From Gammaproteobacteria bacterium (GTDB lineage Bacteria; Pseudomonadota; Gammaproteobacteria; Eutrophobiales; Eutrophobiaceae): a stretch of 64,000 nt of DNA. This document shows positions 30,189 to 38,362 of this stretch, piece after piece. A model generated the notes under the pieces. It ran no database searches and was not told where the DNA came from. It saw only the letters and a program-made list of their open reading frames with translations. Both the position numbers and the translations under genes were made by a program. The stretch is taken from contig OZ220696.1 of the NCBI GenBank assembly GCA_965116495.1, positions 2,720,001 through 2,784,000 of the forward strand. The letters are read 5' to 3'. The stretch's first letter is position 1, and each line of letters opens with the position of its first letter.

Positions 30189-31752
30189 AAAATCGGGCTG
30201 CATTTCCTGTGAATGGTTGGGCAATTTGTTCACGACATGCAGGCTTTTGATTGTATTGCCCGTGCTGGTGACGATGGCCTGTAGTGAAAATATAAAACAG
30301 CGAGAAAAAGAAATCAGTGATGCCAGGGAACGTCACAGACAGATCCTGGAAGAACAACAGACAGTACGGGCCATCAACACCCGGGCCAAACGCGTTGACG
30401 TGCCGAAGGAAAAAGCCTGGTTTTACCGATCTTACCGGGCCACATACAAAAACCAGGGACTGCGGGAGACCCTCGAACGATTGACGCCGGGGTATCCCAT
30501 TGCTTACGCGCTACCCGAAAAATACAATCCCAGGATCAGTTCCTCCCCCGATGCCGCCACCGTGGAAGACCACCTGAATGCCATTTCTCTGCAAGCCAAT
30601 GTCGGCTACGAATTCCACCAGGGCATCTTGCTGATCACGCCGATGACCACGAAAAAGTATGAAGTCCCACTGTACGGAGGTGGCAACAACATCATCAATG
30701 TCAGCAGCAACAACCTGGGAAGCGCTCAGAACAAAGCCTCTGGGTTTGAAAACAACGTCACCAGCCAGCTGTCCGCGGAGAACGATATTCACCAGTTGGT
30801 CAATACTGTCCTGGGCATTCAATACTGTGAACATGGCGCTGATGAAACGGGAGACGAGACAGGTACACTGGAAACCTACACCTATAACGACAAGGAATGT
30901 TACAGCATCAGTTCGACCGGCAACCTGCTTTCCATCACGGCCAGACCTCAACGGATCGTCATGTTTGACGAAGCCTACGAGAAGTGGCTGCAAACTGTCA
31001 CCAGACAGGCCAATATTAAAATCACGGTCGTGCGACTGGACGTAACCGACCTGGCGCAGCAACACGTTGACCTGTCCCTGATTCGCAATGCCAGCATCGC
31101 TGCCAATATCAGTAACCTGACCCAGGATCTGACCAGCAGTGAACTGAATGCCGGCGGCGGTGTATTCAGCCTGAAAATCGATGACCCTGGCAGCCAGTGG
31201 AACACGTCGGAAATAATATTAAGGGCACTGGCCCAGGTGGGCAATCTTTCAATTGACGACACAAAAGAAATCCTGGTTTACAACAATCGCCTGGTAACCA
31301 TCCGCAATTACCGCGTGTACCGCTATGTTGAACAAACCAGCATCCAACAAACCGACTCCGGTGGTACAAGCCTATCCACACCCACCGTGGAAATCGGCGA
31401 ACTGGAAACCGGGCAAGCCATTAATATCCTCCCTACCCTGACCGATGATTTGATTGCGCTGCATATCGTGATAAACGAGGCAAAAATTGATTCGCTCGAT
31501 ACCTATGACATCGCCGGAACTTCCGGTGTTTTGCCGACAAGTTCCGGTAATGACAACATTTTCGATGTCACCATAGAAGACGGCGAAACTGTACTGCTCG
31601 CATCGACCCACCGGGAAGAAGTCGAAGTCAAGACCGACCGCTCCGGCTTGTTGCCGGTCTGGCCGTTCAACCGGTTGACTGGAAATTCCGAATCCGGCGG
31701 CAAGCGACTGACCCAGACGCTGTTTTTAATCCAGGCAGCCTTCAAATTATGA
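30142..31752 (+). CDS. Lipoprotein secretin, PilN/BfpB/TcpC type
   Basis: Lipobox TMAC, N3 domain STGNLLSITARP, secretin ALAQVGNL, ETGQAINILP and IEDGETVLL. Start at 30142 or 30169. Confidence 0.8.
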   Translation: MITTGLNSTMKIVHFKKSGCISCEWLGNLFTTCRLLIVLPVLVTMACSENIKQREKEISDARERHRQILEEQQTVRAINTRAKRVDVPKEKAWFYRSYRATYKNQGLRETLERLTPGYPIAYALPEKYNPRISSSPDAATVEDHLNAISLQANVGYEFHQGILLITPMTTKKYEVPLYGGGNNIINVSSNNLGSAQNKASGFENNVTSQLSAENDIHQLVNTVLGIQYCEHGADETGDETGTLETYTYNDKECYSISSTGNLLSITARPQRIVMFDEAYEKWLQTVTRQANIKITVVRLDVTDLAQQHVDLSLIRNASIAANISNLTQDLTSSELNAGGGVFSLKIDDPGSQWNTSEIILRALAQVGNLSIDDTKEILVYNNRLVTIRNYRVYRYVEQTSIQQTDSGGTSLSTPTVEIGELETGQAINILPTLTDDLIALHIVINEAKIDSLDTYDIAGTSGVLPTSSGNDNIFDVTIEDGETVLLASTHREEVEVKTDRSGLLPVWPFNRLTGNSESGGKRLTQTLFLIQAAFKL

Positions 31753-32921
31753 TTGAGACAATCAACATCGGCGCACGCGAAATCGACCTGTGCATCAACG
31801 CAGAAAGCCAGACCCTGCCGGAGGAACGGCGCGCCTGGTTGTATGTGAATAAACAACTCAGCGCGGTAAAGAAAAAGTATTACCTGGAATCCGAAGGATT
31901 CATTTTTCTTGATGAAGGAAAGGCCATCTCCATTGCCGCGCAGATTGTCAAATGGATACATACGGACATACGCCCGGGCCGGCACTACATTTTTTTGCCA
32001 TTCGACAACATTGTCTACATGGCGACGATCCGGGTACAGGAAGACTATATCCTGGTGGAAAAGGAAGATTTGCTGCCGTTTGAAGACTGTGTGCAGTTGA
32101 TCAGAAATAACCCGATGGAATGCCAGGTGGCTGAACTGGGAAAGCTGAGCAACGCCTTCACGCAACACAACATCGCGCTTAAAGACTTGTATATCAATCT
32201 CGATCCGGGGAAAAATAATCCCTACCTGCTGAGACGCGGCTACAACCTGGCTGAACTTTTCCTGGTGGCAATGGTTCCCTGCATCGGAGCGGGTTTAATC
32301 TTCGCGCTCTCCTTGACAATCAATGTCAAAGACCTGGAACAAGCAACCATTAAATCTCTGCCGGCCAAACCAAAAAGCATAATTCAAATTGATAAGGACC
32401 TGGGCGCTGTCATGACGTTGCTTTCCGAGTTTTCAGTGTTACTGGCCTATAACCTGGAAAATATCCACGTAAAGAAGACTGCGAAAGGCTACAACACCAG
32501 CGCAAGCGGTCACTATGATCAATCATTCTCGCTGGCTCGACTGAACCGGATCGCGCGGGAGTTGGAAGGCAGGTTCCACCTGCAAAAAAACCGTTGGACC
32601 TTGAATTCGTCCCTGTTCAAACCAGCGGCGGGGGAGACTGTCGAATTAGCGCCGTTACCGGCCAGCTTTGAGAATTACCGGCAGTTTGCCATTTCCAGTC
32701 ATGCACGATTTTCCCTTATCGGTACCAGTCAAATACAGGACGCGGCACAAGGCTGGATCGAGTTGGCCTTCGACTATCCGAACAGTTCTGCCCTGCGGCA
32801 ATCAATTCAGCGACTGCAGCAAATGGCGCTGCACGGTTACATACAAGACGTCGATATTACTACCCGGAAGAATGCGGGTTGGAAAAGTCTGACGATTATC
32901 ATTGAAATCACCGGAACCTGA
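31749..32921 (+). CDS. PilO-like accessory inner-membrane protein
   Basis: Cytoplasmic N-domain, central TM and periplasmic C-domain. Position after the secretin matches pilNOPQR. Confidence 0.45.
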   Translation: MIETINIGAREIDLCINAESQTLPEERRAWLYVNKQLSAVKKKYYLESEGFIFLDEGKAISIAAQIVKWIHTDIRPGRHYIFLPFDNIVYMATIRVQEDYILVEKEDLLPFEDCVQLIRNNPMECQVAELGKLSNAFTQHNIALKDLYINLDPGKNNPYLLRRGYNLAELFLVAMVPCIGAGLIFALSLTINVKDLEQATIKSLPAKPKSIIQIDKDLGAVMTLLSEFSVLLAYNLENIHVKKTAKGYNTSASGHYDQSFSLARLNRIARELEGRFHLQKNRWTLNSSLFKPAAGETVELAPLPASFENYRQFAISSHARFSLIGTSQIQDAAQGWIELAFDYPNSSALRQSIQRLQQMALHGYIQDVDITTRKNAGWKSLTIIIEITGT

Positions 32922-32922
32922 T

Positions 32923-33588
32923 ATGAAATCAATTATACTGCTGTTATTCCTTTCAGCCTGTACCGGCCAGGTTATCGCACAACCGGATAAAGCGGGTGGC
33001 GACGCTTCCCTGACCCGGCAAAAATTACCAGCCAAAACAATAATGCCGCGGGGTGACATTCCATGTCCACACTGTACCCTTGCCGAACAGCTTGTTGTCG
33101 ACCTGATTTATTACAAACAAGTCCTCGATATTCTTGAACAAATCGACCAGCAACGAAACAAAATCAATGCCGGCTTATTACAATCCATCCATGCCGAATT
33201 GATAAAAACCAGGCCAAATCTTGCTGCCTTGTTGAAATCGAATAACAAATCCAGGACGCGCCCCGGCCCGCCGGCAAAAAAAGTAAAGAAACCGGTTAAA
33301 AAACCAGCAAAACCCGTAAAGAAAACGCCGCCCAAACAAGGTATGGAAGGATTGGCCGTCGGACACGTCAATGAAGAAAACCAGCAACTGGGCATCAAGG
33401 CCAGTGTGGTCCTGATCAGTAACGGGCGGCCGCGCTCCCTGAATGTCGGCGCTGCCATTGAACATAACCGGCGTATGTTTAAAATTCTCAAAGTCATCTA
33501 CGTCGAAGACCGGAACAATGGCAACCGACACGAAGTTCACCTGCAGGACCAAACCAGCAAACAAATCCATATTGTCCCCTGGAAATAA
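32923..33588 (+). CDS. PilP-like lipoprotein with a Pro/Lys-rich linker
   Basis: MKSIILLLFLSAC lipobox, helical region, PAKKVKKP-type linker and C-terminal beta domain (SLNVGAAI). Confidence 0.5.
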   Translation: MKSIILLLFLSACTGQVIAQPDKAGGDASLTRQKLPAKTIMPRGDIPCPHCTLAEQLVVDLIYYKQVLDILEQIDQQRNKINAGLLQSIHAELIKTRPNLAALLKSNNKSRTRPGPPAKKVKKPVKKPAKPVKKTPPKQGMEGLAVGHVNEENQQLGIKASVVLISNGRPRSLNVGAAIEHNRRMFKILKVIYVEDRNNGNRHEVHLQDQTSKQIHIVPWK

Positions 33589-35198
33589 TGTTTAGCTCTC
33601 TGAGAAAGCAAAAAGCGGCGTTTCCCCTGCCGACATTCGACCAGGAAGCGCCCGGCAACTCCGTTACGGCGACACCGCTGATCACCAATTTTGAAGAGCT
33701 GGAAGATATTCAGGTCACGACGAATGCCGACATTCTCACGGAAACACAAAAGATGAACGGGGCCTGTCCCGGATTTATCGCTGAAGACGCGCAACTGTAT
33801 TGCATCGACCGCAGCGACCTGAACAAACACGAAGCCCTGGCGCTGAATCAACTGGTTAACCTCATCAGGGAGGTGCTTCATAAAGAACCTGTCATTCGCC
33901 AGACCACGCGTTCGGTATTTGAATCCTTCATTAATAAAAACAAAGAGATTTCACTGCAACAACAAACCCGGGAAAGCTCCAACCAGGTTAATGAGTTACT
34001 CGCGCAGGCCATCAACTATCATGCCACGGATATTCACCTGGAAATCAGAAATAACAAAACTACCGTGTCCCAGCGTATCTATGGCCGACTCTCAACCAGT
34101 CAATCCTTTGACAAAAGCCAGGGGATAAAAATTATCTCAGCGATCTGGAACATCTATGTTAACCAGCCATTCAGCAATGGCGACGTCGCCAAGGACGGGC
34201 GTTTTAACTTCGATTATAAAGGGCAAAAATGGCTTTGCCGGGTGTCATACGGCTATTCAAAAGTCACCGATGAACGCAGCCTGGCTATTCGGTTGCGGGA
34301 CATGAAGCATATCCCTGATATCACCACCCTCGGTTACCATGATACCCAATTACATACCTTAAAGAGAATTTCAGCCGATAAAGGCATTACGCTGATCATC
34401 GGCGCGGTCAACTCCGGCAAATCGACCACACAAACCGCTATCATGAAGACCCGACCGGCCCTGGAGAAGAATCTGGAGATATCAGACCAGATCGAAGTTG
34501 AACTGGATAATTTTGTTCAACTCCAGTTACCGATCGAAGGCACCGAAGAAATCATCCGGGAAAACAAGGAAAAACTCCGGCGTATTTCCACTCGGCACGA
34601 TGTGGATTTTATCGCCATCAACGAAATACGCGACAAGGAAACTGCTGTCATGGCCTCCTCCATGATGCTTCAGGGAACCACCGGAGTCGCATCAATTCAC
34701 GGTTCAGGCTGGGTTGACGCCATCAACCGGCTGATCTCGAAAACCGATTTGGGAATCAGCCCGGATATCCTGTTCTCCGAGTCTTTCCTGAGTTTAATCA
34801 TCGTTCAATCCCTGATTGGTGTTCTTTGCCGGAACTGCAAACTTGATACACATGTTGACCCGTTCTGGCAGGAATACTACCGGAACGGTTTCGGAGCGGA
34901 TATCAGTCAAAACGTTCGCTACCTCAACAGCCGGGGTTGTCGCGCCTGCCGGCATTCAGGAATCGAAAAACTCACCCTTGTGGCCGAATGTATTCCGATA
35001 ACAGAAGCGAACCGTCACCTGCTGATGAATACCACCAACCCCCAGGCGATGCGTGACTGGATGTACGAAAACGGCGTATTGAATATTCACCGGCATGCCT
35101 ATTCAAAGATTATCAAAGGCGAACTGGACCCGTTGCTCACCCAGCGCAAGATAGGCAATTTCAACAAAGGGAACCTGTACGATGCATGGCATCATTGA
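33588..35198 (+). CDS. Pilus extension ATPase, PilQ/PilB/GspE family
   Basis: ATDIHLE, Walker A GAVNSGKST, Walker B DVDFIAINEIRD, His box SIHG and tetracysteine CRNC...CRAC. Confidence 0.9.
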   Translation: MFSSLRKQKAAFPLPTFDQEAPGNSVTATPLITNFEELEDIQVTTNADILTETQKMNGACPGFIAEDAQLYCIDRSDLNKHEALALNQLVNLIREVLHKEPVIRQTTRSVFESFINKNKEISLQQQTRESSNQVNELLAQAINYHATDIHLEIRNNKTTVSQRIYGRLSTSQSFDKSQGIKIISAIWNIYVNQPFSNGDVAKDGRFNFDYKGQKWLCRVSYGYSKVTDERSLAIRLRDMKHIPDITTLGYHDTQLHTLKRISADKGITLIIGAVNSGKSTTQTAIMKTRPALEKNLEISDQIEVELDNFVQLQLPIEGTEEIIRENKEKLRRISTRHDVDFIAINEIRDKETAVMASSMMLQGTTGVASIHGSGWVDAINRLISKTDLGISPDILFSESFLSLIIVQSLIGVLCRNCKLDTHVDPFWQEYYRNGFGADISQNVRYLNSRGCRACRHSGIEKLTLVAECIPITEANRHLLMNTTNPQAMRDWMYENGVLNIHRHAYSKIIKGELDPLLTQRKIGNFNKGNLYDAWHH

Positions 35199-36213
35199 AA
35201 ATCAATTACATAAGCTTAAATCCCTTTATCTCCGTACTCTCCTGTTCAATAATGATACCCGGGTGTACTTTTATGCAACGTTGCGGGAGTACCTGAAAAG
35301 TCATTTTCCGTTGTTGGGAGTGTTCAGCCACATTCAGCAGCAAAGCAAAAATCCGGCGCTGCAGGAAATTGCCAAACTCAGTAAATCAGCCATTCGCAAT
35401 AATCAGCCCTTCGCCACGCACTACTACCGCACCGGCCTTTTTACCGAACAGGAAAGCAACCTGTTGATACTGGGGGAACGCTATGATTGCATGGATACCA
35501 TCACCAGCCTGTTGCTGGACCAGGACAACCAGACCCCGGCACTACTGCAAATCCTGTCAAGCAGCATTCAATGGATATTCATGACGCTGGTAATCAGCGC
35601 CATGTCCATCTATACGCTGCCATACCTGCAAAACTACACCAGCGGTTATGACCTGTTTTTCGATTACGTGACGTTTATCAAAACCTGGTGGCTATACATA
35701 CTCGGCTTGTCAATCGGCGCCATGACCCTCTATCACTGGTGCTCCTTCCACCTGACCGGGCCGGTGCGTATGGTCCTGACAGCCTGCGGATTTTTCCGGG
35801 TACAGGGCATGTTGATTGAACGACGGTTCTTGAAAATCAGCAGCGCGTTGATCGCCACCCGCCTGCCCCCTGACGAATTCCTGCAGTTGATGGAGACCAC
35901 CTTTGCCAGACACAGGTTGTTCGGGCTGGCATTACAGAAAAGCAGGGCCGGACTGAAGGAGACCTCGTTGCTGCAAGTCCTCCGGGGCGTATTGTCTCCG
36001 TATACCTATGCTCACGTTCTATCCTGTTCGCCTAACCAGACCCCGGACGAAATCGCCAACGGATTCAACATGGCGGGACGTATGCTGAACATCAGGTTGA
36101 CGAAGACCATCAAGGCCTACCGGGATTTCTACACGATTTTATTTTTAGGCGTCAGCATTGCCATCACCGTCCCCTTTGCCCTGGTTTCCATGGGCATGGG
36201 AATTGATATCTGA
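35182..36213 (+). CDS. PilR/GspF-like inner-membrane platform protein
   Basis: RVYFYATLREYLKS and FTEQESNLLILGE, three TMs with the duplicated GspF layout. Confidence 0.7.
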   Translation: MHGIIENQLHKLKSLYLRTLLFNNDTRVYFYATLREYLKSHFPLLGVFSHIQQQSKNPALQEIAKLSKSAIRNNQPFATHYYRTGLFTEQESNLLILGERYDCMDTITSLLLDQDNQTPALLQILSSSIQWIFMTLVISAMSIYTLPYLQNYTSGYDLFFDYVTFIKTWWLYILGLSIGAMTLYHWCSFHLTGPVRMVLTACGFFRVQGMLIERRFLKISSALIATRLPPDEFLQLMETTFARHRLFGLALQKSRAGLKETSLLQVLRGVLSPYTYAHVLSCSPNQTPDEIANGFNMAGRMLNIRLTKTIKAYRDFYTILFLGVSIAITVPFALVSMGMGIDI

Positions 36214-36231
36214 CCGCAGGAGGGAAATACC

Positions 36232-36675
36232 ATGAACCAGGTTGCCATTGTATTCGGATTAATCATCACGAGCGTTGTCGGTTTCGGCGCATATACCGCG
36301 CTGGCGCCTCTGGTCACCCAGTCGGAAAACCGCAATATGGCGGCAGAGATTATTAACGTGGTGAATGCCGCGTCGGAATATCGCTGGGTAAACCGCAACG
36401 AGACGGGCCTCGCCGCCGCGGATTTTGAAGATATGGTAGATAACGGCTACCTGGACTCGGAATTGTATGACGACGGGGCCGCTGAGAGCGTAATAGAAAC
36501 GGATATCACAGCCAGTCCCGGCGCGGCGACTCCCATCATCACCTACGATGCCGGCGACGCGCAAAGCTGTAACTGGCTGTTGGACCGGGCGGTAACCGGC
36601 AAGTGGGCCAACGTGGACACAGACAGCGCTACAAATGCCTGCGCCACCGCGACCCTGACCGTCGCGATAGAGTAA
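36232..36675 (+). CDS. Type IV pilin-like protein (probable major pilin), no visible class III leader
   Basis: AGGAGG RBS, N-terminal hydrophobic helix, amphipathic alpha1C, MVDNGYL and a C-terminal Cys pair. Confidence 0.65.
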   Translation: MNQVAIVFGLIITSVVGFGAYTALAPLVTQSENRNMAAEIINVVNAASEYRWVNRNETGLAAADFEDMVDNGYLDSELYDDGAAESVIETDITASPGAATPIITYDAGDAQSCNWLLDRAVTGKWANVDTDSATNACATATLTVAIE

Positions 36676-36678
36676 GCC

Positions 36679-37125
36679 ATGCCGATTGCCTTATACCAGT
36701 TTGCGTTGGCCGCTGTTTTCGTCCTGGGTATAACCACGATGATACAACCCCACCGGCAGACCCGCGGCTATATGCAGACCTTGAAGGATATAGAGCTGGC
36801 CGGCATCGACTACATCGGCGCACACTGCGCCGCTCTGCCGGATACGCTGACCGACGTCCGGTTGCAGGACTCGGGCCACCTGGACGGCGGCTTCAACGGC
36901 CGGGGCGTCGCGTTCACCTGGCGCCTGGCTGATCACCCCGTCGTGACTATCAACGCCAGGGGGAATACCGACCACCTGGCGTTCCTGGCCGGACGCACGT
37001 TGGGAGAGTTTGGAGGGGACGGTTCCTACTCTTTTATCCCTGGGCGCGACGTGACTTTGTTCCGGGCGGCAAACCCCGGATACAACCTGTTTGCCTACGA
37101 TGAAAATGACTTCTCGTGTAATTAA
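36679..37125 (+). CDS. Minor pilin-like protein
   Basis: N-terminal hydrophobic helix then TLKDIELAGIDYI...LQDSGHL pilin-like pattern; two Cys. Confidence 0.55.
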   Translation: MPIALYQFALAAVFVLGITTMIQPHRQTRGYMQTLKDIELAGIDYIGAHCAALPDTLTDVRLQDSGHLDGGFNGRGVAFTWRLADHPVVTINARGNTDHLAFLAGRTLGEFGGDGSYSFIPGRDVTLFRAANPGYNLFAYDENDFSCN

Positions 37126-37152
37126 CCCTGCTTTCTCGCCAGGTGGCTCGTC

Positions 37153-37794
37153 GTGAATGTTCTACCCAGCGTTTACTTCATGCTGATATTCAGCCTGTTA
37201 TCGCTGGGACTGAGTTTTCAGGTAGAGGAACGGGCGCGCTCCCTGGTACCGGACCGGGTTCAGAACAGCATCATACAACTGGCCTTGGCGCAGCACCGCT
37301 ATATTTCCGACCCGGCTAATCCCGACTTCGGCAGTTATGCCGGGGATATTGATATACTGGCGGCAAGCGGGTACCTGCCGGTCTGGGAAACGGACGCGGC
37401 GTTCACCTTCGCCAACACCACCCAGCCGGGGTTCACCATCCAATACAGCGCACAAAACAATGCCGAAGCCGGGCGCATCGCCGGGCGCCTGGGCGCGGTG
37501 GCCCAGGTCAGCGACAACGTAGTCACGGTGGGCTTTGCCGACCCCACCGACCTCACCCTGCTGGATGAGTTTGTGACGCGGGACGACAATGAGTTTGTGC
37601 TGCGCGTCGGCGATGAGATGTCCGGTACATTGAGCTTCAGCGCCGGTCTGGGTGAGGCCATTGATTTAAACCAGAACTCATTGACTGACGTGTTGCGGAT
37701 CATTGCCCGTAATCCCGTCGCCAGCGGCACCGTGGAAGCAGATATTATCGTGGGAACTACCGCCACCTTCAACGACATTCTCATCAACCCTTAA
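37153..37794 (+). CDS. PilV-like minor pilin / adhesin constant region
   Basis: Hydrophobic N-helix, LAQHRY, LAASGYLP, AGRIAGRLG and FVLRVGDEMSGTL...IDLNQNSLTDV resemble the constant part of PilV. Confidence 0.6.
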   Translation: MNVLPSVYFMLIFSLLSLGLSFQVEERARSLVPDRVQNSIIQLALAQHRYISDPANPDFGSYAGDIDILAASGYLPVWETDAAFTFANTTQPGFTIQYSAQNNAEAGRIAGRLGAVAQVSDNVVTVGFADPTDLTLLDEFVTRDDNEFVLRVGDEMSGTLSFSAGLGEAIDLNQNSLTDVLRIIARNPVASGTVEADIIVGTTATFNDILINP

Positions 37795-37993
37795 CCCGGA
37801 AAATACAATAGTCCGGCAGGAGGAAAGACGCTACACAAGATTGAACAAAGCAACAATATCCGTGGTAGTTAAATGAATCATTCCCGTAACGCGGGATGAT
37901 CGTGTCCCTTGAGGACATGACAACAGCAACCGACCCGAGGGCTGAAATACGCCCCCGGGCGTATTCCTCTCGTGGTCCAACCACAGGAGAAAT

Positions 37994-38299
37994 ATGATGA
38001 AGATATCACTGAAATACCTGGTGATCGTTTTTGTGCTCCTTATCGTGGGCAGTCAGGCCGTAGCCAGTCCGTATTTGGCTGAGGCAAGGAAGGTGATGCT
38101 CAAGTGCGCCTTGACGGAGGTAAAGCCGCAGGTCGTTTATCGTGCATACGATAAGACCGGCAATACCACCCGCAGGAGCAGTAAAGTCGATAAGGACGAA
38201 AGCCTTGAAGACGCGTTGATACGGAGCAACCTGGGTTGCATCGTGAAGACGGTCGATTCAATGCTGACGTACAAAAAACTGGAAAAATTCGTCCAGTAG
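37994..38299 (+). CDS. Small exported hypothetical protein
   Basis: AGGAGA RBS, Sec signal (MMKISLKYLVIVFVLLIVGSQAVA), two Cys, followed by a terminator. Confidence 0.7.
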   Translation: MMKISLKYLVIVFVLLIVGSQAVASPYLAEARKVMLKCALTEVKPQVVYRAYDKTGNTTRRSSKVDKDESLEDALIRSNLGCIVKTVDSMLTYKKLEKFVQ

Positions 38300-38320
38300 C
38301 ATCATTCGGCCTGCTGTACC

Positions 38321-38355
38321 GAAAAGCCGATCTCCGGATCGGCTTTTCTTTTTTT
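38321..38355 (+). terminator. Rho-independent terminator, possibly bidirectional
   Basis: GAAAAGCCGATC-TCCG-GATCGGCTTTTC followed by T7, between convergent genes. Confidence 0.85.
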
Positions 38356-38362
38356 ACGAATG

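Noticed and set aside
30142-36213. Type II secretion system or Tad pilus
   Set aside because: The PilL-like gene, lipoprotein secretin and pilNOPQR order fit type IVb. There is no GspC/L/M or pseudopilin set and no Flp/TadBC/CpaB.
37795-38360. Shufflon downstream of the pilV-like gene
   Set aside because: No Rci-type recombinase, repeated sfx-like sites or alternative C-terminal cassettes were seen.
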